A DNA stretch of 53,763 nt from an uncultured Clostridium sp. (GTDB lineage Bacteria > Bacillota > Clostridia > Ch29). The stretch spans positions 1,536 to 55,298 of the forward strand of contig CAZGUG010000005.1 in the NCBI GenBank assembly GCA_964529035.1, written 5' to 3'. How positions within the stretch are numbered: the stretch's first letter is position 1; every line of letters begins with the position of its first letter. Under the pieces are notes generated by a model. That model made no database searches and was not told the origin of the DNA. It worked only from the letters and a program-made list of their open reading frames with translations. Positions 19,900 through 29,254 of the stretch are shown here, piece after piece. A program made the position numbers and the translations under genes.

Positions 19900-20501
19900 C
19901 AATGAAGGAAAAGGGATTGCTGGTGGTGGTCTCTGGTCCTTCCGGGGCGGGGAAAGGTACCATTTGCAGCAGGCTGTTGGATACCCAAAAGGATATAGTG
20001 GCATCCGTCTCGGTTACAACAAGGGCCCCAAGAGAAGGAGAAATTGACGGCAGGAACTATTTTTTTATATCCAGGGAAGAATTCATTGAAATGGTTGAGG
20101 GTGACGGACTTATAGAATATGCGGAAGTTTACGGGAAATATTATGGTACACCCAAAAAATATGTGGAGGAAAACCTTGTAAGAGGCAGGGACGTTTTGCT
20201 TGAGATAGACATCCAGGGTGCTCTCCAGGTGAAAGAAAAGTATAAGGAAGGAGTCTTCGTTTTTATCCTGCCCCCATCCATGCAGGAACTAAAAAACAGA
20301 ATTACAGGGCGCGGCACCGAAACCGAAAGGGAAATTTTAAGAAGGTTTGAAGCCGCCTACAGGGAAATAAACTATGTGTCCAGGTACAACTATTTTATAA
20401 TCAACGATGAAATTGACAGGGCCGCCTACAAACTTCAAGCGATAATTGATGCGGAAAAATGCAGGGTGGACAGATTTAAAATGAAACTTATAGGTCAGTA
20501 A
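19896..20501 (+). CDS. gmk: Guanylate kinase
   Basis: [24 protein letters not shown] and EIDIQGA motifs. Confidence 0.97.
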   Translation: MTMKEKGLLVVVSGPSGAGKGTICSRLLDTQKDIVASVSVTTRAPREGEIDGRNYFFISREEFIEMVEGDGLIEYAEVYGKYYGTPKKYVEENLVRGRDVLLEIDIQGALQVKEKYKEGVFVFILPPSMQELKNRITGRGTETEREILRRFEAAYREINYVSRYNYFIINDEIDRAAYKLQAIIDAEKCRVDRFKMKLIGQ

Positions 20502-20513
20502 GGAGGTATTAAA

Positions 20514-20720
20514 GTGCTGTATCCCCCTATGAAGTCACTGCTTAACAAGGTAGACAGCAGGTATACCCTGGTTGTTATGGCAGCCAAAAGAGCAAGACAG
20601 TTAACCCATGAAACGGAAGAAAATGCGGAACAGGAGACCATCAATTGTGTTTCCGCGGCGATAAGGGAGATAGAAAAAGGGAAGATAAAATATGTGCGCA
20701 CTAGGGACGGTATAAAATAA
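20514..20720 (+). CDS. rpoZ: RNA polymerase omega subunit
   Basis: SRYTLVVMAAKRARQL; strong RBS; gmk-rpoZ-coaBC synteny. Confidence 0.95.
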   Translation: MLYPPMKSLLNKVDSRYTLVVMAAKRARQLTHETEENAEQETINCVSAAIREIEKGKIKYVRTRDGIK

Positions 20721-20733
20721 CGGAGGGAAAAGA

Positions 20734-21933
20734 ATGCTCAGGGATAAAAGAATACTGGTGGGCATATGCGGCGGTATAGCCGCGTATAAGGCTGCGGAAC
20801 TGGTAAGCAGGCTGAAGAAAAAAGGTGCCTTGATAAAGGTTGTCATGACCAAAAATGCAACGGAATTCATTTCGCCGGTTACACTGCAGACCCTTTCACA
20901 GGAAAGGGTTGCACTTGATATGTTTGATTTTTCCCAAAGCCGGGAGATAGAACATATTTCCCTTGCCAAGTGGGCGGAATATATTGTGGTTGCTCCCGCC
21001 ACGGCAAACTTCATAGGCAAGATTGCAGCCGGGATAGCCGACGATCTACTTACCACCACCGTTATGGCCTCAAAGGCAGAGGCAATAATAGCCCCTGCAA
21101 TGAATACCAACATGTACAGCAATTCGACGGTTCAGCAAAACATAGACAGCCTTGCCAGGAAAGGATACAGGTTTGTCGGGCCGGTCAAAGGAGCCCTTGC
21201 CTGCGGAGATGCCGGCATGGGCAAGATGGAGGAACCGCAGGTTATTGTGGAATACCTGGAAGGGATGACCGACAGGCAGCAGGACCTGTGCGGGAAAACG
21301 GTTTTGGTAACCGCCGGGCCTACCAGGGAAGTGCTGGACCCGGTCAGATTCTTTACAAACGCTTCCACCGGCAGGATGGGTTATTCGGTTGCGGCGGCGG
21401 CGGCGCAGAGGGGAGCAAAGGTATACCTTATAAGTGGGCCCACCCATTTACAGCCCCCTCCTTTGGTGGAATTTAAACCGGTAACAAGCGCCGTGGATAT
21501 GTATAATGCGGTCATGGAGGTTTTCCCCGACTGCGATATTGTTATAAAGACAGCCGCCGTTTCGGATTACAGGCCTTCCGAAGTATACCAACAAAAGGTC
21601 AAGAAAATCGAGGACCGGCTTACCGTAAACCTCATAAGAAATCCCGATATACTGAAGGAACTGGCAAAGAAAAAGGGCAAAAGAATACTGGTGGGTTTTG
21701 CAGCCGAGAGCACCAATATCGAAGAATATGCCGGCAGCAAGCTTGAGGAAAAAAATTTGGATTTAATTGTGGCCAATGATATAACGCAGGAAGGCGCCGG
21801 GTTCGGCAGCGAAACAAACCAGGGCTTAATAATGGACAGAAAGGGAAACAAGGAATATCTTCCCATAATGAGCAAGGAACAAATGTCGGATATTATTCTG
21901 GATAAGGCAGCCTCTCTTATAAAGGATACGTAA
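20734..21933 (+). CDS. coaBC: Phosphopantothenoylcysteine decarboxylase/synthase
   Basis: GGIAAYK, APATAN, PAMNTNM, TAGPTREVLDPVRF, AAVSDY and GFAAE motifs. Confidence 0.97.
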   Translation: MLRDKRILVGICGGIAAYKAAELVSRLKKKGALIKVVMTKNATEFISPVTLQTLSQERVALDMFDFSQSREIEHISLAKWAEYIVVAPATANFIGKIAAGIADDLLTTTVMASKAEAIIAPAMNTNMYSNSTVQQNIDSLARKGYRFVGPVKGALACGDAGMGKMEEPQVIVEYLEGMTDRQQDLCGKTVLVTAGPTREVLDPVRFFTNASTGRMGYSVAAAAAQRGAKVYLISGPTHLQPPPLVEFKPVTSAVDMYNAVMEVFPDCDIVIKTAAVSDYRPSEVYQQKVKKIEDRLTVNLIRNPDILKELAKKKGKRILVGFAAESTNIEEYAGSKLEEKNLDLIVANDITQEGAGFGSETNQGLIMDRKGNKEYLPIMSKEQMSDIILDKAASLIKDT

Positions 21934-21969
21934 TAACTGTCTTTTGTCGTCTGCTTTGGACGAAAGGAT

Positions 21970-24411
21970 GTGGTAATGGTGTATGCCCGAATTGTTGTTG
22001 ACAATCCCAGTCCTTTGGTTGATAAACCCTTCCATTATCTGATACCACCTCATCAGGAAAACAAAATAGCGATTGGTTCCAGGGTAGCCGTTCCCTTCGG
22101 ACGTTCAAACAAACCGCTGGAGGGTTACGTAATTGAACTCTGCGAAGAATATCCCGACTGCCTGGATAAAATAAAAACGATAATACGGGCAATTGATTCC
22201 GCACCCGTATTTTCCCGTGAGCTTTTAGAGCTTGCTAAGTGGATGAGGGATGAGTACGTCTGCACCTGGTCCGAGGCGCTTCAGTGTATTATGCCGTCCC
22301 GGATGGTGAACAAGGGTGTTAAATTTATTGTGCCCGGGAAACGGCCGCCGGACCACCTTAAGGATATGAATGAATACATCCGGATCATTCGGATGATAAA
22401 GGATGCGGGCGGTATGCTTGAACTTGGCAGTTTGAATGACGAAGAAGTAGCAAAGAACCCGCTGGCAGGGCTTGTTAATGAGGGATATATCCAGGTTAAG
22501 GAAATTCTTACTTCAAAAATAACCGAAAAACATCGGCTGTGGATACGTCCAGTCTTTGGGGAATCCGATGGCAACCTGCCGGACAATGCGGTAAGGATGA
22601 AGGCAGTGATGTCTTACCTGAAGGAAACCGCCTGCCGGGAGGTTTCATGCAGCATTGTAATGGACGAAACGGGATGCAGTCTCAACACCCTGAGGGCAAT
22701 GGAAAGAAGAGGACTTATAAAGCTGTTCGATAAAAGGGAATTAAGGCAGCCAAAGCTGCCTTCGGGTCTTGTACATGACAGGGTGGAGGAAATGAGCCCT
22801 GCACAAAAAGAAGCGATATCCGGAATACAAAGGCTGTACCGTCAGGGCTTAAGGGAAATACTGCTGCACGGCGTTACCGGGAGCGGTAAGACCGAAGTGT
22901 ATATGAGGCTTATTGGAGATACCATAAAAAGGGGTAAGAAGGCAATAGTTTTGGTGCCTGAGATCTCACTGACACCCCAAATGGTTGAATGGTACCATAA
23001 AAGGTTTGGAAAGAGGGCTGCGGTATTCCACAGCAAGCTTTCGACCGGGGAAAGGTATGACCAGTGGGAGGGAATCAAACGGGGGGATTATGACGTGGCC
23101 ATAGGCGCCAGGTCGGCGGTGTTTGCACCCTTTGACGATATTGGTCTGATAATAATAGACGAGGAACAGGAACATACATATAAATCTGAAAGCTCGCCGC
23201 GGTACGTAACACATAGGATTGCGAACAAAAGATGCCGGTTTTATGACGGGCTCCTGGTAATGGGTTCGGCGACTCCGTCGGTGGATACCTATTACAGGGC
23301 AAAAAACGACGAGATCGGGCTTGTACAGATGAAGGAAAGGGCCGGCGGAAGCGTTCTACCGATGGTGACGGTGGTGGATATGAGGGAAGAATTGAAGGAC
23401 GGAAACAGGTCGGTATTCAGCAGAAGGCTTGCGGATGAAATAAATAACGCGCTAAACCTGGGACAGCAGGCAATTCTGTTTTTGAACCGCCGCGGCTATT
23501 CAAATTTTGTGTGCTGCAGGGACTGCGGCTCGGCTGTCAAATGCAAAAGGTGCGACATTTCGCTTACATACCACAGGGCAGAGGATATGCTGGTATGCCA
23601 TTACTGCGGCTATAGAAAAAGAATGCCGGATATATGCGAAGTATGTGGCAGCAAAAGGATAAAGCACCTGGGTTCGGGCACCGAAAAGCTTCAAAAAGCA
23701 GTGGAAAGCAGGTTTAATTCGGCACGGATACTGCGAATGGATATGGATACAACCCGGGGAAAGGACTCCCATTACAACATATTAAAGGCTTTCAGGGATA
23801 AAAAGGCCGATATACTCGTAGGGACACAGATGATAGCAAAGGGACTGGATTTTCCCGGTGTAACGCTGGTGGGGGTAATCCTGGCGGATTACAGCCTGAA
23901 TTTGCCGGATTTCAGGGCGGCGGAAAAAACCTTTCAGCTGATTACCCAGGTGTCCGGCCGAGCCGGAAGGGGCAGCCTTGCGGGGAAAGTGGTGATTCAG
24001 ACCTACCTGCCCGGGCATTACAGCATTGCCGCCGCAAAAAACCAGGACTACCAGGAATTTTTTGACCACGAAATAAAAATAAGGGAGAAATTTGGTTATC
24101 CGCCCTTTACCAGGCTTATAAATATAATAGTATCGGGAGCATCGCAAAAAAACGTGGCTGAGGCAAGCCGAATTATTTGCAGCCGGCTTGAGGAAAAACG
24201 GAATAGACGAATAAAAATGCCGGAAATATATGGCCCGGCTCCGGCACAGTATTCCAAAATAAAAGGAAGGTACCGGTGGCAAATAATAGTAAAGGGAAGG
24301 GATATTTGCGGAATAATGGAAGATATCAGGGAGATACGGGCCGAAACCCTGCGGACGGTGCAGAGGGGAATTGGTATAATGATAGATGTGGATCCTACAA
24401 GTCTTAACTGA
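21970..24411 (+). CDS. priA: Primosomal protein N' (PriA helicase)
   Basis: GVTGSGKT, VPEISLT, DEEQE, SATPS, two CxxC-pair zinc fingers and QVSGRAGR. Confidence 0.97.
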   Translation: MVMVYARIVVDNPSPLVDKPFHYLIPPHQENKIAIGSRVAVPFGRSNKPLEGYVIELCEEYPDCLDKIKTIIRAIDSAPVFSRELLELAKWMRDEYVCTWSEALQCIMPSRMVNKGVKFIVPGKRPPDHLKDMNEYIRIIRMIKDAGGMLELGSLNDEEVAKNPLAGLVNEGYIQVKEILTSKITEKHRLWIRPVFGESDGNLPDNAVRMKAVMSYLKETACREVSCSIVMDETGCSLNTLRAMERRGLIKLFDKRELRQPKLPSGLVHDRVEEMSPAQKEAISGIQRLYRQGLREILLHGVTGSGKTEVYMRLIGDTIKRGKKAIVLVPEISLTPQMVEWYHKRFGKRAAVFHSKLSTGERYDQWEGIKRGDYDVAIGARSAVFAPFDDIGLIIIDEEQEHTYKSESSPRYVTHRIANKRCRFYDGLLVMGSATPSVDTYYRAKNDEIGLVQMKERAGGSVLPMVTVVDMREELKDGNRSVFSRRLADEINNALNLGQQAILFLNRRGYSNFVCCRDCGSAVKCKRCDISLTYHRAEDMLVCHYCGYRKRMPDICEVCGSKRIKHLGSGTEKLQKAVESRFNSARILRMDMDTTRGKDSHYNILKAFRDKKADILVGTQMIAKGLDFPGVTLVGVILADYSLNLPDFRAAEKTFQLITQVSGRAGRGSLAGKVVIQTYLPGHYSIAAAKNQDYQEFFDHEIKIREKFGYPPFTRLINIIVSGASQKNVAEASRIICSRLEEKRNRRIKMPEIYGPAPAQYSKIKGRYRWQIIVKGRDICGIMEDIREIRAETLRTVQRGIGIMIDVDPTSLN

Positions 24412-24428
24412 GCAAAAGGAGGCGGAGC

Positions 24429-24878
24429 ATGGCTATAAGGAAAATAAGGGTTGAGGGGGACCCGATACTGAGAAAAAAATGCAGAAAAGTTGATAAAATT
24501 GATGAAAGGATAAAGATACTGCTGGATGACATGGCAGAGACAATGAAACAGGCTGAAGGGGTCGGGCTTGCAGCACCACAGGTAGGTGTTCTGAGGTCGG
24601 TGATAGTGGTTGATGTGGGTGAAGGGCTGATAGAAATCATTAATCCACAGCTTCTGGAATCAAGGGGAAAGGAGATAGCAGCCGAGGGCTGCCTGAGCAT
24701 ACCGGAAAAATCAGGGGATGTGGAAAGGCCGGCCTGGGTAAGGGTAGAGGGCCTTAACCGAAACGGAGAAAGAGTGGAATTTGAAGGTGAAGGCATACTG
24801 GCCAGGGCGCTGTGCCACGAGATTGACCATTTGAACGGTATATTATTTACTGACAAAATGCTTGATGAAGGCAGGTGA
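24429..24878 (+). CDS. def: Peptide deformylase
   Basis: GVGLAAPQVG, EGCLS and HEIDHLNG motifs. Confidence 0.97.
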   Translation: MAIRKIRVEGDPILRKKCRKVDKIDERIKILLDDMAETMKQAEGVGLAAPQVGVLRSVIVVDVGEGLIEIINPQLLESRGKEIAAEGCLSIPEKSGDVERPAWVRVEGLNRNGERVEFEGEGILARALCHEIDHLNGILFTDKMLDEGR

Positions 24879-24885
24879 GCTATAA

Positions 24886-25830
24886 TTGAAAACAGTGTTT
24901 ATGGGCACACCGGAGTTTGCGGTTAACAGCCTGGAAAGGCTGGTAAAAGAAGGGTATAATATAGAAGCGGTTGTTACCCAGCCCAACCGTCCCAGGGGCA
25001 GGGGCAACAGGGTTCAGCCGCCGCCGGTGAAGACAAGGGCTGCAGCGGAGGGGATACCGGTTATGCAGCCGGAACGGGTGAAGGATGCTGAGTTTATTAA
25101 TGAATTAAAGGAAATAAAACCTGATATAATTATAGTGGTGGCCTTCGGGCAGATACTGCCGCCAGATCTAATAAACCTACCGCCATTGGGCTGCATCAAT
25201 GTACATGCATCACTTCTGCCAAAGTACCGGGGTGCGGCTCCCATTAACTGGTGTATCATAAACGGGGAAACAAAGACGGGGGTTACAACCATGTTTATGG
25301 ATGAATGCATGGACACAGGCGATATGCTGCTGTCAATGGCCGTCGATATAGACGATGACGAGACCGCAGGACAGCTGCACGACAGACTGGCGGTTATGGG
25401 TGCGAAGCTGCTTGTGGAAACCATTGAGGGCCTTAAAAAAGGCAGTCTGCCCCGAAAGGCGCAGGACAGCAAAAAGGCGACCTATGCACCGCAGCTGTGC
25501 AGGGATACAGGCAGGATAGACTGGAGCCGGGATGCAAAAAGCATATTTAATCTAATTCGGGGGACAGACCCATGGCCCGGCTGCTATTCGCATCTTAACG
25601 GTAAACGTATTAAATTGTGGAAAGCAAAGGTGCTGGAAGAGGAAAGCAGGGGAACAGACGGAGAAATTATCGCTGTAAAGGATGAAGGAATGACTGTTCA
25701 AACAGGAAAGGGTTCCCTTTTGGTTACAGAAATTCAGGTGCCTTCTTCAAGGAGAATGACGGCAGCCGAGTACATTAGGGGTAATACCATAAAAGTAAAG
25801 GATATGCTGGGTGAAAAAGGGCATGAATAG
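24886..25830 (+). CDS. fmt: Methionyl-tRNA formyltransferase
   Basis: FMGTPEF, NVHASLLPKYRGAAP and MDTGD motifs; TTG start. Confidence 0.97.
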   Translation: MKTVFMGTPEFAVNSLERLVKEGYNIEAVVTQPNRPRGRGNRVQPPPVKTRAAAEGIPVMQPERVKDAEFINELKEIKPDIIIVVAFGQILPPDLINLPPLGCINVHASLLPKYRGAAPINWCIINGETKTGVTTMFMDECMDTGDMLLSMAVDIDDDETAGQLHDRLAVMGAKLLVETIEGLKKGSLPRKAQDSKKATYAPQLCRDTGRIDWSRDAKSIFNLIRGTDPWPGCYSHLNGKRIKLWKAKVLEEESRGTDGEIIAVKDEGMTVQTGKGSLLVTEIQVPSSRRMTAAEYIRGNTIKVKDMLGEKGHE

Positions 25831-26593
25831 GAACAACGGTAGGGCAGAAGATAAAAGGTTGATGCTGGGACTTTTAATACTGCTGCTTGTGACGGTGTTG
25901 GCTGCGGCGGGTATTTTTATAAGCATGCTGGTTAAACAAAATCCAATCTTTGCAGCGATATCGGTGCTGATTCTGTCGGTCTTTGCCACTGCGGTTGTTC
26001 TATTCATACTGGTAACACTTTCTTCAATAGTTATGGTTTACTCGGGAAAGGAAAATGCAAAAATAGCCGGAAGGGTAGCGAAAAAGTCGCTGGATATAAT
26101 GCTTAATCCGGTGCTGGGCATTGGAAGGCTTGTCGGCCTAGACACCGAAAGAATACAGAGGGCATACGCCGGCATAAACAACAGGGTTGTGTATTCAAAC
26201 AAACCGGATTTATCAACCGAAGATATTCTTATACTGCTGCCCCATTGTATCCAAAACAGCAAATGCAGGCACAGGCTGAATGAAGATATAAGAAATTGTG
26301 CCGGGTGCGGAAAGTGCTCGGTATCCGATATGGTAGAGCTTGCCGGAAGACTTGGGGTAAAGGTCAAAATGGTACCCGGCGGAACCCTGGCAAGGAAAAC
26401 GGTGGCGGAGGTTAAACCGAAGGCAATAGTGGCGGTGGCCTGCGAAAGGGATTTGTGCAGCGGGATAAGGGATACAAGTTTTATTCCGGTTATAGGAATA
26501 CTAAACGAGAGGCCTTACGGGCCCTGCCGGGATACCAAGGTGGACGTGAAGAAAGTTGAGGATGCTGTAAAATTTTTGTGTAACAGGAGGTAA
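25823..26593 (+). CDS. DUF116 family Cys-rich membrane protein
   Basis: Two N-terminal TMs; LLPHCIQ...CAGCGKC...GGT...AVACERDL...GPCRDT pattern; usual position after fmt. Confidence 0.85.
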   Translation: MNRNNGRAEDKRLMLGLLILLLVTVLAAAGIFISMLVKQNPIFAAISVLILSVFATAVVLFILVTLSSIVMVYSGKENAKIAGRVAKKSLDIMLNPVLGIGRLVGLDTERIQRAYAGINNRVVYSNKPDLSTEDILILLPHCIQNSKCRHRLNEDIRNCAGCGKCSVSDMVELAGRLGVKVKMVPGGTLARKTVAEVKPKAIVAVACERDLCSGIRDTSFIPVIGILNERPYGPCRDTKVDVKKVEDAVKFLCNRR

Positions 26594-26598
26594 AACTG

Positions 26599-27282
26599 AT
26601 GTTTTTTTACTGGGATTCAACCATGATACTGCTGATACCGGCAATACTGTTTACCATGTACGCCCAGTCAAGGATAAGCGGTACATTCAGAAAGTATTCG
26701 CGGGTACCCAGCAAAAACGGGTATACCGCAAGGGATGTGGCCAGGAAGGTATTGGATATGAACGGCCTTACAAACGTAAGGATCGAAAGGGTAAGGGGTA
26801 ACCTTACCGACCATTACGACCCGAGGAAACAGGTTCTGAGGCTGTCGGATTCGGTACATGGCAGCACTTCCATAGCAGCCATAGGAGTGGCGGCCCATGA
26901 GGCGGGGCACGCGGTGCAGCATTCCACCGGTTATATACCGCTTTTAATGAGAAATACAATAGCACCGATAGCCGGTTTTGGGTCAAACCTGTCCTGGATA
27001 TTGATTCTGGCGGGTCTTTTGATGAACTGGTTTGAGCTTATTCAGGCTGGAATAGTATTCTTTCTGGCGGTGGTAATTTTCCAGCTAATTACCCTTCCGG
27101 TTGAGTTTAATGCCAGCAAACGGGCAATTGCCCTGCTTTCGGAGGGTGGCATAATCACAGGCCAGGAGATTGGTCCCGCACGAAAGGTGTTAAACGCTGC
27201 GGCCCTTACCTATGTGGCGGCGGCCCTTACGGCGGTACTGCAGCTTTTAAGGTTTATTCTGCTTGCCAACCGAAGAAGATGA
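26599..27282 (+). CDS. Putative membrane zinc metallopeptidase (YugP-like)
   Basis: LTDHYDP, AAHEAGHAVQH, TLPVEFNAS and AAALTYVAA motifs. Confidence 0.9.
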   Translation: MFFYWDSTMILLIPAILFTMYAQSRISGTFRKYSRVPSKNGYTARDVARKVLDMNGLTNVRIERVRGNLTDHYDPRKQVLRLSDSVHGSTSIAAIGVAAHEAGHAVQHSTGYIPLLMRNTIAPIAGFGSNLSWILILAGLLMNWFELIQAGIVFFLAVVIFQLITLPVEFNASKRAIALLSEGGIITGQEIGPARKVLNAAALTYVAAALTAVLQLLRFILLANRRR

Positions 27283-27321
27283 GCTCAGAACGGCAGCAAA
27301 GTCAAAAAAACTCAACCGTTT

Positions 27322-27366
27322 GTTTAAAAAAGCGATGCGCAATTTTGACGTATCGCTTTTTTAAAC
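27322..27366. terminator. Long bidirectional-type terminator hairpin
   Basis: GTTTAAAAAAGCGATGCG...CGTATCGCTTTTTTAAAC. Confidence 0.75.
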
Positions 27367-27451
27367 CGGTGATACGGTGGTAAAACTTGTGTTATAATAT
27401 GGGTATATTCCACAGGACATAGATGGTGTATAATATAAAGAAGGTGTGTAA

Positions 27452-28492
27452 ATGGCAGCAAAAAGCATACTGGATATGACTGCCCGGGAACTGGGCTTAT
27501 ACATGAAAAAGCACGGGTATCCAGAATACAGGAGCAAACAGGTATTTGACTGGATTTACAAGGGAACGGCCAGCTTTGAAGATATGAAAAACCTGCCGCA
27601 GCAGTTGATAGGGCTGCTTAACGAAAATTTCATAACCGGAATACCCCGGATTGTAAAAAAGAAGGCTTCCAGTATTGACGGAACAGAAAAATTTTTGGTA
27701 GGGTTCCACGACGGAAGCATGGTTGAATGCGTTTACCTTATTTATAAACACGGCAGGACGGTATGCGTTTCAAGCCAGGTAGGATGCCGCATGGGATGCA
27801 GTTTTTGCGCCTCCACCCGTGGAGGGCTTGTGAGAAATCTTTCTTCAGGCGAAATGACCGGACAGGTGCTGGCGGTGCAGAGGGATACCAAAACCAGGAT
27901 TTCAAATATTGTTATCATGGGAAGCGGAGAACCGCTGGACAACTTTGAAAATACACTCCGGTTTATCCGTCAGGTCAGTAGCAGGGAAGGACTTAATATA
28001 GGACTTCGCGGCATTACGGTTTCCACATGCGGACTGGTGCCCGAAATGAAAAGATTAGCCGAGGAAAGACTGCCGATTACACTGTCGATATCTCTGCATG
28101 CAGCCTGTGACAAGACACGCATGCGTTTGATGCCGGCGGCAAAAAAGTATAAAATAAATGAGATAATTGAATGCTGTAGGTGTTATATTGAGCGGACAGG
28201 CCGGAGGATAACCTTTGAGTATGCACTAATAGAGGGAATAAACAACCGGCCGGAAGATGCTGTAAAGCTTTCGGCACTTCTTAAGGGAATGCTGTGCAAT
28301 GTCAACCTTATCCCCGTCAACCCCGTAGGGGGTACCGGGTATAAACAGCCGGGCCCGGATAATGTAAAAAGGTTTAAAGACATACTGCAAAAAAGGGGGA
28401 TATCAGTTACAATAAGACGGGAGATGGGAAGGGACATTGCCGGAGCATGCGGACAGTTAAGGGCAGGATATATCAATGGGAAAAAGCTGTAA
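27452..28492 (+). CDS. rlmN: 23S rRNA m2A2503/tRNA methyltransferase RlmN (radical SAM)
   Basis: SSQVGCRMGCSFC, MGSGEPL, SLHA and IAGACGQL motifs. Confidence 0.96.
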   Translation: MAAKSILDMTARELGLYMKKHGYPEYRSKQVFDWIYKGTASFEDMKNLPQQLIGLLNENFITGIPRIVKKKASSIDGTEKFLVGFHDGSMVECVYLIYKHGRTVCVSSQVGCRMGCSFCASTRGGLVRNLSSGEMTGQVLAVQRDTKTRISNIVIMGSGEPLDNFENTLRFIRQVSSREGLNIGLRGITVSTCGLVPEMKRLAEERLPITLSISLHAACDKTRMRLMPAAKKYKINEIIECCRCYIERTGRRITFEYALIEGINNRPEDAVKLSALLKGMLCNVNLIPVNPVGGTGYKQPGPDNVKRFKDILQKRGISVTIRREMGRDIAGACGQLRAGYINGKKL

Positions 28493-28510
28493 GAGACTGG
28501 GGGTTATGGG

Positions 28511-29254
28511 ATGAAGGCCGGAGTAGTCACCGACATAGGATTGGTCAGAAATGAGAATCAGGACAGCTATTATTGTTCGGACGGGACAGACGACTTAAAC
28601 CTGTATATAATTGCGGACGGTATGGGCGGACACAATGGAGGAGAAATAGCCAGCAGCACTGCAGTTGAAGCCATAAGATACTTCATTAAAACACATCATG
28701 AAAAGGATGAGTATGTTAAGGACAGGCTGTCCATGATAAAAGAGGCAATGAACAGGGCCAACGACGAGGTGTACCGTTGTGCGGCAGCTACCGCTGGTTT
28801 GGAGGGAATGGGTACCACACTTACTATGGCGGTAATTGAAGGGACCAGGCTGTATATAGGCCATATTGGCGACAGCAGGATGTACCTGTTAAGGGACGGG
28901 AAGTTCGAGAAACTTACCGAGGACCATTCCCTTGTTGCAGAGCTTATTAAAAAGGGTAGCATTTCTCCAGAAGAGGGGGACAGGCATCCGCAAAAAAACA
29001 TAATAACCAAGGCATTGGGTACCGAAAAGACGATAGAAATGGATCTTTTAGCAAAGGAATTACATGAGGGCGATAAAATTCTGCTGTGCACCGACGGTCT
29101 TACCAACATGCTTGACCTGGAAGAGATAATAAACATATGTGCGGCCGAAGACAATCCACAGTCTCTGTCCGGGAAACTGGTGGAAAGGGCAAACAAAAAA
29201 GGCGGCAGGGACAATACAACGGTAATCGCAGTGAAAGTGGGGTGGAACGGATGA
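28511..29254 (+). CDS. prpC: PP2C Ser/Thr phosphatase Stp1/PrpC
   Basis: RNENQD, ADGMGG, GMGTT, HIGDSR, CTDGL and GGRDN motifs. Confidence 0.95.
   Translation: MKAGVVTDIGLVRNENQDSYYCSDGTDDLNLYIIADGMGGHNGGEIASSTAVEAIRYFIKTHHEKDEYVKDRLSMIKEAMNRANDEVYRCAAATAGLEGMGTTLTMAVIEGTRLYIGHIGDSRMYLLRDGKFEKLTEDHSLVAELIKKGSISPEEGDRHPQKNIITKALGTEKTIEMDLLAKELHEGDKILLCTDGLTNMLDLEEIINICAAEDNPQSLSGKLVERANKKGGRDNTTVIAVKVGWNG

Noticed and set aside
29137-29250. N-terminal extension of PrkC
   Set aside because: Overlaps prpC coding sequence; ATG 29251 gives the canonical MIGRVL start with ATGA coupling
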